Shown one piece after another: positions 1 to 9,672 of a stretch of DNA of 64,000 bases (position 1 is the stretch's first letter; each line of letters opens with the position of its first letter). Source of the stretch: Patescibacteria group bacterium. GTDB lineage: Bacteria > Patescibacteriota > Patescibacteriia > CAIXNZ01. The translations under genes and the position numbers were made by a program. The stretch is from NCBI GenBank assembly GCA_028714455.1, contig JAQTMG010000003.1, positions 39,834 through 103,833 on the forward strand. The letters are read 5' to 3'. Below the pieces are notes generated by a model, which was not told the DNA's origin, searched no databases, and saw nothing but the letters and a program-made list of their open reading frames with translations.

Positions 1-438
1 CTTGATAATCTCATCCAATTTAGCTTTAATTTGCTCATCAGATATTGTTACTCCGACTTGGTCGGCTATTTTATACATGAAAATATTATCAATCAGCCGA
101 TCTTCCAAAACCGTCTTTTTGAGCTGCGCCAGATCCGGAATATTGGTAAACCCAGCCTTTCTTTGAATATTGAGATATTTATCAGCGGCTTCAAAATTTC
201 TCAAGTAATCATAAAATGGAATAAATTGGCCGTTGACGCGAGCGGCCGGGTACGGAAAAATTTTCGTGATTGCTTCGATGGCGGCGCCGTTCCAGTCAAG
301 TTTATAAATGCCCCAAGCCACCACACCTAAAAATAAAATCAGTAAGATAAGCAAGCCGGCAATTATTCCCGAAATAAATTGAAAAAGAGTTAGTTTCTTC
401 TGCTCTTTTTTGAAAGGATTTTGTAATTTGAATTTCAT
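1..438 (-). CDS. SurA N-terminal/PrsA-like foldase, 5' part only (runs off the window edge; missing from the ORF track)
   Basis: Manual translation: MKFKLQNPF...N-terminal TM...YPAARVNGQFIPFYDY...VLEDRLIDNIFMYKIADQVGVTISDEQIKAKLDEIIK; open to position 1. Confidence 0.75.
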   Translation of the reverse strand, partial: MKFKLQNPFKKEQKKLTLFQFISGIIAGLLILLILFLGVVAWGIYKLDWNGAAIEAITKIFPYPAARVNGQFIPFYDYLRNFEAADKYLNIQRKAGFTNIPDLAQLKKTVLEDRLIDNIFMYKIADQVGVTISDEQIKAKLDEIIK

Positions 439-442
439 TTGG

Positions 443-835
443 TTATGACTTAAAAAAATAAGACCACCATTTTGATGGATTAGTTTTGTTTGCTTCTAAC
501 AGCGAGGTGTTTTGGGCCTCTGGATTTTCGTTCTGCGGCATGACGACCAGATTTTCACCCGGTTTTTTTAGGCCCATTTTAAGCTTGGCCTCCTGTTCAA
601 TGAAAGTGTCTGACTTGAGATAATCAATCAGCTGACTTAAATCTTGATTTTGCTTCTCAAGATGGCCTATCTCCCCCTGCAAATCGTTAATCTCTGAATT
701 AACGCGATTGCTTTTAATTGTCCCTTCGGCCAGGTAGAATAAGACGGCCAAGAAAATGACAAAGCAAAAAATAAGAAAAAATTTAGAGAATAATAAATCT
801 GGAAAAATTGCTTTTTTTCTCCTGCTTTGCATCAT
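443..835 (-). CDS. ftsB: Septum formation initiator FtsB/DivIC family
   Basis: TM segment, then coiled coil, then IEQEAKLKMGLKKPGE motif. Confidence 0.8.
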   Translation of the reverse strand: MMQSRRKKAIFPDLLFSKFFLIFCFVIFLAVLFYLAEGTIKSNRVNSEINDLQGEIGHLEKQNQDLSQLIDYLKSDTFIEQEAKLKMGLKKPGENLVVMPQNENPEAQNTSLLEANKTNPSKWWSYFFKS

Positions 836-858
836 ATATACGCTATTATACTTCTTTT

Positions 859-1599
859 TTAGCGCCTTGTAAACTTAACTTCCTCCATTTCGTCATCGTC
901 CTTTTTATCGCTCTTTTTCAGCTCTTCCGCCAGCATTTTCTTCAGACTTAATTCGCCATAAGTCTCGCTGTACTCCTCAACCAGCTCCGCCAGATTATAA
1001 TCGTCATACTCGGCCATCTTGTCTTGGTTCAAAAATTCATCGGTTAATTTTTCTTTGGCCGCTTCACCGACATTGCTCACCTTTTTAACTTCTAACTTTT
1101 TGCCGGTATCTTGCCTAATCATGTCAACTAGCGTCTGGTTCACCCTGGCCACCTCCGTTATATTTTTGACTACCAGGTCAACGCTCTCGGCCTTAATCCT
1201 GATGGTGCCTAATTTCAAAACTGATTGCCAAAAGCCCTTAACCGAATAAGAGATATCAGAAATTTTTTCATAAGGTATCTCGGAAACGATTTTCTCAAAA
1301 AATCCTTTTTGATCTATGTCAACCACGCGCTGGCTGGTTATCAAAAAAATATTATTGTACCAAATATAAAATTCGCGACTGCCGTAGACTATGCCGGTCA
1401 GCAATAAGGCGCAAAACAAAGCCACGCCGATCTGATCAAGATAGTTAAAAAGCGGATACATCAGAAAAAATGAAAGAAAAATAATCACGACCGTGACGAG
1501 AATCTGTTTCGCGTAGCCGATCAGATGATGGTGTAAAAGCATAATCGGTTCTTCGTCTTCTCGCAGGCTTACTTTTTTAAGAAATTTTTCATTGTTCAT
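859..1599 (-). CDS. Membrane protein with bacterial PH domain
   Basis: Two TM helices followed by FLITSQRVVDIDQKGFF...IPYEKISDISY...GTIRI. Confidence 0.7.
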   Translation of the reverse strand: MNNEKFLKKVSLREDEEPIMLLHHHLIGYAKQILVTVVIIFLSFFLMYPLFNYLDQIGVALFCALLLTGIVYGSREFYIWYNNIFLITSQRVVDIDQKGFFEKIVSEIPYEKISDISYSVKGFWQSVLKLGTIRIKAESVDLVVKNITEVARVNQTLVDMIRQDTGKKLEVKKVSNVGEAAKEKLTDEFLNQDKMAEYDDYNLAELVEEYSETYGELSLKKMLAEELKKSDKKDDDEMEEVKFTRR

Positions 1600-1604
1600 A
1601 TTTT

Positions 1605-2777
1605 TTATATAATATTTTTTTCGCTGAATTTGTAGCGCTCGACGCCTTTAATCGCCGCTTCAACTAATTTCTCAAAATCCCAATTTTTTTCTCTCTCAAG
1701 AATTAATTGGAGATTGGCGCGGGTGACCGGATGTTTGGGCATGTAAAGCGAACAGCAATCGTCAAAGGGTTGGATTGAAAGATTGTAGGTCTCTATTTTT
1801 CTGGCGATTTCGATTATCTCTTCTTTATTAAAACCAATCAGCGGCCTGAAAATCGGCAGGCTCGTTACTTGCGAAACGGCTGTTATGTTTTCAACCGTCT
1901 GGGAAGCCACTTGGCCCAGACTTTCGCCAGTCACCAGGGCTAAAATTCCTTCCGTGACTGCGATTTTCTGCGCCAGGCGCAACATCATTCTTCTGTAAAA
2001 TATAACTCGATAGTCATCTGGCGCAACTTTCAATATCTCTTTTTGAATTTCCAAAAAAGGTACTACATACAGCAAGGAATCGTGTTGGTAGCCATTTAGG
2101 ACATTTACTAATTCTTTAACCTTCTCCCTGTTTTCTTTCGGCGTTGCCGGATAAGAATCAAAATGCACGAAAACTATCCGCGCTCCCCTTTTCTGCATTA
2201 AATTAGCGGCGACTGGCGAATCAATACCGCCAGATATCAGACAAAGTAAGGAACCGGAAACGCCGACTGGCAAACCGCCGCGGCCAGAAATTTTGTCAAA
2301 ATAGAGAAAGGCGTAATTATCCACGATGTCTACAAAGCAATTCAAATCAAAATCTGTCAAATCGACTTTCTTTTTCATTTTCTTCATAACAAACTCACCC
2401 AGTTTCTCGGCTATCTTTTGTGAATTGAGAAAAAAACTTTTCTGCGCCCGCCTGACCGTAATTCTGAAAGTCTTGAATTTCTTTTTCTTGACCAAACCGT
2501 AAAGATCTTTCTTTATAATTTCCAGATCCTGCTCCGAATTCCAGGCAAAAGCAAAATATTCAATACCAAACACCTTTTCCAGCTGGTGCTTAATTTTTTC
2601 TAAATCAAAATTCTCTTCTGTCAAAATAATGATCCTGCCGTGCTGATGTCTTAACCAAATCTTACCAAAATCTTTCAGGGCTCTTCTGATGTTTTCAATC
2701 AACTTTGCCTCAAAAAATTTGCGGTTGCCCAGTTTCAGCGCTATCTCGCCATAATGGATGACTATGTATCTCTGCAT
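1605..2777 (-). CDS. thiI: tRNA 4-thiouridine synthase ThiI (short form, no rhodanese domain)
   Basis: HYGEIALK, THUMP domain, PP-loop LISGGIDSPVA, GESLGQVASQT, PFDDCC. Confidence 0.95.
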   Translation of the reverse strand: MQRYIVIHYGEIALKLGNRKFFEAKLIENIRRALKDFGKIWLRHQHGRIIILTEENFDLEKIKHQLEKVFGIEYFAFAWNSEQDLEIIKKDLYGLVKKKKFKTFRITVRRAQKSFFLNSQKIAEKLGEFVMKKMKKKVDLTDFDLNCFVDIVDNYAFLYFDKISGRGGLPVGVSGSLLCLISGGIDSPVAANLMQKRGARIVFVHFDSYPATPKENREKVKELVNVLNGYQHDSLLYVVPFLEIQKEILKVAPDDYRVIFYRRMMLRLAQKIAVTEGILALVTGESLGQVASQTVENITAVSQVTSLPIFRPLIGFNKEEIIEIARKIETYNLSIQPFDDCCSLYMPKHPVTRANLQLILEREKNWDFEKLVEAAIKGVERYKFSEKNII

Positions 2778-3061
2778 AAAATTAAATGGGAACTAAAGGA
2801 GATAAAAGAGCTACGGGATAATAGGGACGATAGGATAATAGGTTAAAAAGTTTTTACCTTTTTACCAACCCTTAGCTCTTATTAATCAACTATTTATCTT
2901 AATTCTCTATCCTATTTTCTATATTCTTAATAGTTATTTTAGCAAAATTTAAGCAAAAACAAAAGAGCCACGGCAAATGCCAAGCTCTTTTTCTTATATG
3001 ATTCTCTCAATTTATTGAGAGCTAAATCGTCAACAAGTTGGCAAAAATCAGTTGAGTGAAA

Positions 3062-4387
3062 TCAAGTTGGATTTAAAATCTCCTTCAAAACTTCTCTGGC
3101 AACTTTTCTGTCATCCCAGGGCATTACTTTGCCATTTGATTTAATACTCTGCTCTGTCCCCTTACCAGTGATTAAAACTAAATCCCCTGTTTGCGCCATT
3201 AGACAAGCTTTCTTGATGGCTAATCGCCTATCTGGCTCTTTAATCAAATCAACTTTTTCCGTCTTACCACCCTCTTTTGCGCCAACCGCGATTTCATTAA
3301 GAATTTTTTCAGTCGGCTCATCATAAGAATCCTCGTCGGTCAAAATCGTAATGTCCGCATTTTGGGCAGAAATTTTTCCCAGAACCGGTCTCTTGGCGTG
3401 ATCGCGCACGCCGCCAGCCGAACCAAAGACATGGATAATTCTTTTTATGGGAAACATTTTTAAAGTTTTAAAAAGCGTGCCAAAGGAAACGGGATCGTGC
3501 GCGTAATCGACCAGCACGAAAAATTTCTGCCCCTCATCAATCACCTCCATTCTGCCGGGGATACCAATCACCTCGGCCATAGCGTCTCGGCATTGCACTA
3601 GACTTAGGCCAAAATGCAGACCGACGGTAACCGCGGCCAGCGAGTTATAAACGTTAAACCGGCCAATCAACTTAGTTTTGAACTCAATGCCCGAGACCAT
3701 GAATTCCGTGCCATTGGCCGCCGGCTTCACATCGCCTGCCAAAACTAATTTGGTTTGAACAAGCTGCCTGTTAAACGTAATGCCGTAGCCATATTTTTTG
3801 TCAGCGCTAAAATCATGAAAATATTCCCAACTAGGATCGTCAAGATTTACAATAATCGCTTTTTCAATTTCTTGGCCGTTAATTTTTTTCTTGGAAAATT
3901 TTGAAAGCGAGGCGAAAAGTTCGCCCTTGGCTTTTTGATAATTTTCAAACGAGCCGTGAGCCTCAATATGTTCGGGTGTTAAATTAGTAAAAACCGCCAC
4001 GTCATAATTAATGCCCCAGTTGCGATTTTGCATTATGCCTTCAGACGAGGTTTCAACCACCGCATATTTGCAACCCGCCTTGACCATCTCGCGCAGCATT
4101 TTTTGCAGTTTTGTTCTGCCCTGCATGGTCATGTGAGTGGTGTTAATCCATTCTTTGTCAGCAATTTTAAAATTGGCCGTGGTCATCAAACCGACTTTCT
4201 CATTATTCGCGCTCAAAATTTGGTAAATTAAATTGCTAGTCGTTGTTTTGCCATTAGTACCGGTTACGCCGATCACGATCAGTTCTTTTGAAGGAAAGCC
4301 ATAAACCAGATTCGCCAAAATCGCCCAAAGCTTGTGGTATTGGTTAACTAAATTTTTCGGTATTAATTTTTTGATTAAAGACTTCAT
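3062..4387 (-). CDS. murE: UDP-N-acetylmuramoyl-tripeptide ligase MurE
   Basis: GVTGTNGKTT, ETSSEG, FTNLTPEH, VDYAH, GKGTE. Confidence 0.9.
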   Translation of the reverse strand: MKSLIKKLIPKNLVNQYHKLWAILANLVYGFPSKELIVIGVTGTNGKTTTSNLIYQILSANNEKVGLMTTANFKIADKEWINTTHMTMQGRTKLQKMLREMVKAGCKYAVVETSSEGIMQNRNWGINYDVAVFTNLTPEHIEAHGSFENYQKAKGELFASLSKFSKKKINGQEIEKAIIVNLDDPSWEYFHDFSADKKYGYGITFNRQLVQTKLVLAGDVKPAANGTEFMVSGIEFKTKLIGRFNVYNSLAAVTVGLHFGLSLVQCRDAMAEVIGIPGRMEVIDEGQKFFVLVDYAHDPVSFGTLFKTLKMFPIKRIIHVFGSAGGVRDHAKRPVLGKISAQNADITILTDEDSYDEPTEKILNEIAVGAKEGGKTEKVDLIKEPDRRLAIKKACLMAQTGDLVLITGKGTEQSIKSNGKVMPWDDRKVAREVLKEILNPT

Positions 4388-4498
4388 AATAAATCAAATT
4401 TATCATAAATCCCAGAATATTTCAACCCATAATCTTGACTGAATTTCTTAATAATGATAATGTCAAATCAGAACATTAAAAACAAAAAGGAGGAAAAA

Positions 4499-4867
4499 AT
4501 GAACGAAAGAAACGATTGGATAGTAAAGATACCTCACTTGTTAAAACCCGCGGCAATAATCGCTATCATTGGTGTAGTCGGGTTGGCTATTTTGGGAATG
4601 GTTCCAAGGCCCCCCTATTCTCATGCGAGCCAGATTGCTCCGAAACCATCATTTGAAATTTCAGTACTCGTTCCTGACCGGGTGATTTTAATCAAGGCGC
4701 ATCAACAGATGCTAAGCACCCGTATCGTAGATACCACAGACAATTTGAGTCTTGGAATCAAGGAAATTTCCAAGAAGTACGACATCAAAAACATTGCGGC
4801 AATTAACCAATATATTGATAACGGCTCGGTGACGGGTTCATTGCTGGTCATTGTTGAGCCAAAGTAA
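4499..4867 (+). CDS. Hypothetical single-TM protein
   Basis: ATG at 4499 after AGGAGG; one hydrophobic segment; own terminator. Confidence 0.6.
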   Translation: MNERNDWIVKIPHLLKPAAIIAIIGVVGLAILGMVPRPPYSHASQIAPKPSFEISVLVPDRVILIKAHQQMLSTRIVDTTDNLSLGIKEISKKYDIKNIAAINQYIDNGSVTGSLLVIVEPK

Positions 4868-4880
4868 AAATTTTGCCATC

Positions 4881-4908
4881 AAAGGCGGAAGCAATTCCGC
4901 CTTTTTTA
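4881..4908 (+). terminator. Intrinsic terminator
   Basis: AAAGGCGGAA-GCAA-TTCCGCCTTT followed by a T tract. Confidence 0.8.
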
Positions 4909-5029
4909 TTTTTAAATCTTGACTAAAGTTGAAAAATATATTAAAATACGAAGGCAGTATTGTTAACAAAAATCTTTATTTTTGTTATACTTATTTTAAC
5001 CAATTACTGGTTATTTTTTGTTTCAGCAT

Positions 5030-5104
5030 CGCGGGGTAGAGCAGTGGCAGCTCGCCGGGCCCATAACCCGGAGGTCGCGGGTTCAAATCCCGCCCCCGCA
5101 ACCA
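5030..5104 (+). tRNA. Initiator tRNA-fMet (CAT)
   Basis: Cloverleaf with C1:A72 mismatch, three consecutive G-C pairs in the anticodon stem, GTTCAAATC T-loop, encoded CCA. Confidence 0.95.
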
Positions 5105-5306
5105 GATTCATGGTGGGGGTTTCCGCCGTAGGCGGACCCGCCTCTGGCGGGCAAATCCCGCCCCCGCAACCAGATTCATGGTGGGGGTTTCCGCCGTAGG
5201 CGGACCCGCCTCTGGCGGGCAAATCCCGCCCCCGCAACCAGATTCCTGGTGGGGGTTTCCGCCGTAGGCGGACCCGCCTCTGGCGGGCAAATCCCGCCCC
5301 CGCAAC
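5084..5306 (+). repeat. 68-bp tandem repeat (3 full copies plus a partial) containing the tRNA-fMet 3' end
   Basis: CAAATCCCGCCCCCGCAAC starts at 5084, 5152, 5220 and 5288; the intervening sequence is near-identical. Confidence 0.95.
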
Positions 5307-5327
5307 AATGAAAATTAAAATTATTTA

Positions 5328-5400
5328 GATCCGGTAGCTCAGTTGGTAGAGCACCTGCCTTTTAAGCAGGGGGTCCTGGGTTCAATCCCCAGCCGGATCA
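5328..5400 (+). tRNA. tRNA-Lys (TTT)
   Basis: GATCCGG/CCGGATC acceptor stem; CCTGC-CTTTTAA-GCAGG anticodon arm; CCA not encoded. Confidence 0.95.
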
Positions 5401-5607
5401 TAGGTTAATGGCTTGCCAAGACTGGCAAGCTTTTTGCGACCCCCTGCTTTATCAAAGCTACACAAAGAAGTCCTGCCTGCCCGCCGTAACGAAGTGAAGG
5501 CGGGGGTTCAATCCCCAGCCGGATCATAGGTTAATAGCTTGCCAAGACTGGCAAGCTTTTTGCGACCCCCTGCTTTATCAAAGCTACACAAAGAAGTCCT
5601 GCCTGCC
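5378..5607 (+). repeat. 104-bp direct repeat (period 126) starting in the tRNA-Lys T-arm
   Basis: 5378-5481 matches 5504-5607 with one mismatch. Confidence 0.9.
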
Positions 5608-5667
5608 TCTAGCGAAGGCAGACCGGATTATTATAAGAATTCCCCCGTCACGGGGAATTTTTTGATA

Positions 5668-5696
5668 TTGACATTATCAAAATAATGTGCTAGAAT
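5668..5696 (+). promoter_or_regulatory. sigma70-type promoter
   Basis: TTGACA-17 nt-TAGAAT with extended TG. Confidence 0.75.
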
Positions 5697-5751
5697 TATT
5701 AATTAGTTGACAGAATCAAAACCAAAAATAAAATCCAAAAGGAGGGAAAAG

Positions 5752-6456
5752 ATGAGGACATTTACCGTAATCACTTCTTTAACCGACGGAGTTCTGAAGC
5801 ATGAAATTTTCGATTTCCTCATCCCCAAAAAGAATGAGGAACGGGCGGGAGAATGGTTTCTCCCTTTCGGTTCCACGCGGATTCCTCTTGGCAAGAGGGA
5901 TCTGGACAAGCTCCTGCAAACTGGCTGGAAGAAAATCCCGTGTTCTGCCAGGGGTGAGAGAAGGTGGAGCGGCCAGAAATCGGCCCAACCGCTGATCTGC
6001 GACAAGTGCGGAGAAAAATATGGCAACTGGCAGCCTTACAAAATCGGATTCGAATGCTTTCACCCGGCAAACGGCGAGATGGTCTTGAGCGACAAAATCA
6101 TCAGTAACGCCTTCTGCCTAAAACTGCGCGACAAGTACACGGAAGAGTACAGCGGTAAGCTTCTGCTTGTCGCGCCTGACAAGGAGCAGGAGGAAGCGCT
6201 CATTCACTGGGATCTCTCGGATCATGCGGCGCTCTTCGAAGATGGGCGAATCATAGCCCAAGACACCTGGCCGTTTCGAACCAACCATTATCTCGTTGCT
6301 CTGAAGCCAGGTTCGAGCCTGCCCGCCATCAAGTCTCATGAACAATCCGCCGCTTACACTCTGGTTCTTTCTTTCGACGGCAACAGCGTCCACGTGACCA
6401 AAAAAGAGTTGGTTGCGAGACAAGAAGTCTCTGACCAGGCTCAAATCTCGGCCTAA
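5752..6456 (+). CDS. Hypothetical protein with possible zinc-binding Cys/His motif
   Basis: ATG at 5752 after AAGGAGG; C...CDKC...CFH. Confidence 0.6.
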   Translation: MRTFTVITSLTDGVLKHEIFDFLIPKKNEERAGEWFLPFGSTRIPLGKRDLDKLLQTGWKKIPCSARGERRWSGQKSAQPLICDKCGEKYGNWQPYKIGFECFHPANGEMVLSDKIISNAFCLKLRDKYTEEYSGKLLLVAPDKEQEEALIHWDLSDHAALFEDGRIIAQDTWPFRTNHYLVALKPGSSLPAIKSHEQSAAYTLVLSFDGNSVHVTKKELVARQEVSDQAQISA

Positions 6457-6511
6457 GACCAAAAAAACAAAAGCCCCTCACTTCCTAGAGCGAGGGGCTT
6501 TTAAAATTATA

Positions 6512-7063
6512 TTATTCCATTATAAATACGGCGGCGGCCAGAACAGTGGTCCAAAGTCCGTCTTTATTCCCTTGAGCCGATTGGAAAAAATTAGTGGTTT
6601 TAAAAATATGTCCGCTGGCCTTATATTCTTGTTCCCTCTCCTCCCAGGCCTTGCTGGAATCAAATTCCACGCCCAGTGTCGTAGCTAACATGGTGGCCGC
6701 CACATCCTCGGCATACTCTCCTGATTTTTCGCCGACCTCACCCGTGGCATGATGTTCAGAAAGATAACCATAGTGATTTTCCCTATCTTTTGGCACGGCC
6801 AGACCAATCGCCGCTGAAATTAATCGGTTTGGCTCATTTGTCTCCATGCGCGCCAAAACGCAAAATGTTATTTCGCCTGCTTTTAATAAATTTAAACCGT
6901 CGTCTTTGGGAATCATTTTACATTGAGGCGGAAAGATACTGGAGACTGTCACCAGATTGCATTTTTCAATGCCCGCGTTGCGCAACGCTGATTCAAAAGA
7001 GGCTAGACGATCTTTGTGAATGCCAACGCCTTTGGTGAAAAAAACTTTTGTCGGAATTAACAT
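6512..7063 (-). CDS. Pyruvoyl-dependent arginine decarboxylase
   Basis: [25 protein letters not shown] (Ser-Ser self-cleavage site), GYLSEHH. Confidence 0.9.
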   Translation of the reverse strand: MLIPTKVFFTKGVGIHKDRLASFESALRNAGIEKCNLVTVSSIFPPQCKMIPKDDGLNLLKAGEITFCVLARMETNEPNRLISAAIGLAVPKDRENHYGYLSEHHATGEVGEKSGEYAEDVAATMLATTLGVEFDSSKAWEEREQEYKASGHIFKTTNFFQSAQGNKDGLWTTVLAAAVFIME

Positions 7064-7199
7064 TTCTTCGAGATTAAAAATTAAATCAATTTAATTATAG
7101 AACTCTCGGCCAAAATATCAATAGTTTTCGCCCTGTGGATAATTAAAAAAACGGCAAACATAAAACCGTCTCGCTAAGCGGGGCGGTTTTTTTATTATA

Positions 7200-9620
7200 T
7201 TATTTTTTATTTTTCTGCAAAATTATTTTTTTCACTTCCAGCCAGAAAATTATCACGAAACTCGAAAGCAGAATCAAGACAAACTCCATAAAAGTGATGG
7301 ACGCCAACTTAAATTCTGAATTTATGACTGGCACACCCAAAATCAGAAATAGAAACACAATCACGGAAACAAGCCACCAATTCATTGTCTTGTTGGTAAA
7401 GACGCCTAACTTGTAGAGCGGAATGGTTTCTGACCTTGAGACATAAGCCAAAATTATGTGACCCAAGATCCAGGCCGTAAAAGCATATGTCTGCAAATGA
7501 ACGATGCTGGCGTCATGCGCGATAGCATAAAGATAAGAAGCCATCACAGCCACAAATAAAGTGATGCCGCCGATAAAAATCTGCGAAATCAATTTGGCGT
7601 CAAAGATCTTGGCCTTGGGATTTCGCGGCGGTCGGTTATAAATAGTCTTTTCAATCGGTTCGCCCACAAATCCGGCTGAAGCGGCCAGGTCCATAAAAAG
7701 TTCTAGCAGGATTATTTGAATGGGAGAAAATGGCAGGGGCAAGCCGAACAAAATAGGGATAAACAGAACGGAAACCAGGGCGACTTTAACTGAAAGATAA
7801 TATCTGACGCTTTTAACCAAGTTGTCATAAAATTTTCTGCCTTCGAAAATCGCGTGCGAGATTGTAATAAAATTATCGTCCGCCAAAACAACGTCAGCCG
7901 CTTCCTTGGCCGCATCAGTTCCTTTGATGCCCATGGCAATGCCAATGTCAGCGCCCTTGAGCGCCAAAGCGTCATTAATACCGTCTCCGGTGACTGCCAC
8001 TACCTCTCCGCCAGCTCTTAACGCCTTGACCAGACGATACTTGTGCTCCGGGAAAGTGCGCGCAAAAACATTAACTTCTTTGGCGACTTTTTCCAGTTCC
8101 TCGTCCGATAGCTTATCAAGGTCAGCTCCGATTAAAACCTTATCGGCTTCGATGCCGACGCTTTTGGCGATGAAAGCCGCGGTCAGCGGATGATCGCCCG
8201 TGACCATGACTGTTCTGATGCCTGCTTTTCTGGCGGTCTCTATCGTATCTTTAACTCCTTGGCGCGGCGGATCTTCCAATGATATCAGACCCACAAATTC
8301 TAAATTCTTTTCCAGTTCACCCACCGATTTATTTTTGTCTGACGCGTTAATTTCTTTTTTGGCCACGCCGATGACTCTCCTGCCTCTTTCCGTCTCTCGC
8401 TGCAAGGCCTTTCTTATTTCATCAAAACCGTCTCTGCACATCGCCAAAACTTCTTCTGGCGCGCCGCTCTCATAAAGAAAAAATTTATTGTTATTTTCGC
8501 GCAAAACGCCTTTTGTTTTTCGGTCATTGCCAAAATTTCTTTCGGAAATAATTTCTCCCAGGTTATCCAGCTTTAGTTCCTTTGCTTTTTGAATGATGGC
8601 GCTGTCAGTCGGAGTCAAGCTGATTTCAGTTGTCGCCAGATAGGCGGCTAATAAAATTTCCTCCTGCTTATTTTCCGGAAAGACTGAAGCGACGTGCATT
8701 TTACCTTCGGTAATGGTACCCGTTTTATCAGTCAGGATTACCGTCGCGTCACCCAGCACTTCGGCCGCTTTAATTTTTTTTACCAAAAAATTTTGTTTGG
8801 AAAGCCGATAAGAGCCAAGACCCAAAATCATTGTGATCAAAATCGGAAACTCCTCGGGAATAATGGCAAAAGCCAGAGCCAGACCGGTCAGGACCATGGT
8901 CTTGGTGTCCTGCCCGCGCAAAAAACCAATGACAGGGATTAAAGCGGAGAATAAGAGCGCGAACCAAACCAATTTGCCCACCAAATCTTTCATGGCCAGC
9001 TGCAGCGGCGTCTTGGGTTCTTTGATTTCCTGCGCCATCAGAGTTATCTTGCCCATTTTGGTGTCAGCGCCGGTTTTTTTTACCTCGCCCTTGCCTTCTC
9101 CGGCCACCACCAGCGTGCCGGCAAAAATTTCATCGCCCGTCTTTTTCTCAACGGCAAATGATTCGCCGGTCAGCGACGACTCGTCAACCTGCAGACTGTA
9201 TGAAGTCAAAATAATTCCGTCGGCCGAGATGCGAGTGCCTGGCGCCAAAATCAGAACATCACCGATGACAACTTCAAAAGTATCAATCTCGGTAATTTTT
9301 TCTTCGCGCAAGACCCTGGTTTTGGGTTCAGAAATTTTTGACAAAGCCGCGATAGCTTTCTTGGCGCGATATTCATTCCAGACCTCGACAAAAACCAAAA
9401 GCATAATCACGATAAAAATCGTAATCGCGTCTTCGACTTTGCCCCAAATGGAATAAATGACACCCACGAAAATCAAAAGCAAAATCATGGGCTCGGTTAT
9501 TTCTTCCTTGGCAATACCCAAAAATCTTACCTCTTTGTGTTTTTTTAAAAGATTGGGGCCGTATTTTTCCAGACGATTTTTTGCCTCGGCCGTTGTCAGG
9601 CCGGTATTTTCCAACGCCAT
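7200..9620 (-). CDS. Cation-transporting P-type ATPase (P2, Ca2+-like)
   Basis: TGES, IPEE, DKTGT, TGDH, GDGINDA motifs. Confidence 0.9.
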   Translation of the reverse strand: MALENTGLTTAEAKNRLEKYGPNLLKKHKEVRFLGIAKEEITEPMILLLIFVGVIYSIWGKVEDAITIFIVIMLLVFVEVWNEYRAKKAIAALSKISEPKTRVLREEKITEIDTFEVVIGDVLILAPGTRISADGIILTSYSLQVDESSLTGESFAVEKKTGDEIFAGTLVVAGEGKGEVKKTGADTKMGKITLMAQEIKEPKTPLQLAMKDLVGKLVWFALLFSALIPVIGFLRGQDTKTMVLTGLALAFAIIPEEFPILITMILGLGSYRLSKQNFLVKKIKAAEVLGDATVILTDKTGTITEGKMHVASVFPENKQEEILLAAYLATTEISLTPTDSAIIQKAKELKLDNLGEIISERNFGNDRKTKGVLRENNNKFFLYESGAPEEVLAMCRDGFDEIRKALQRETERGRRVIGVAKKEINASDKNKSVGELEKNLEFVGLISLEDPPRQGVKDTIETARKAGIRTVMVTGDHPLTAAFIAKSVGIEADKVLIGADLDKLSDEELEKVAKEVNVFARTFPEHKYRLVKALRAGGEVVAVTGDGINDALALKGADIGIAMGIKGTDAAKEAADVVLADDNFITISHAIFEGRKFYDNLVKSVRYYLSVKVALVSVLFIPILFGLPLPFSPIQIILLELFMDLAASAGFVGEPIEKTIYNRPPRNPKAKIFDAKLISQIFIGGITLFVAVMASYLYAIAHDASIVHLQTYAFTAWILGHIILAYVSRSETIPLYKLGVFTNKTMNWWLVSVIVFLFLILGVPVINSEFKLASITFMEFVLILLSSFVIIFWLEVKKIILQKNKK

Positions 9621-9672
9621 AAAAAATTTATTTATTTTTTATAAAATGAGGCGAGTTTTTTATGCTCGCCTC

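Noticed and set aside
5084-5306. CRISPR array
   Set aside because: The units are essentially identical with no unique spacers, the repeat is a tRNA end, and there are no cas genes.
4960-5308. ORFs 4960-5199, 5004-5237 and 5108-5308
   Set aside because: They overlap the tRNA and its GC-rich tandem repeat, so they are shadow ORFs.
5084-5607. attL/attR of an integrated element at the tRNAs
   Set aside because: The duplicated ends are only 68-126 bp apart, with no integrase or cargo between them, and I saw no distal copy in the window.
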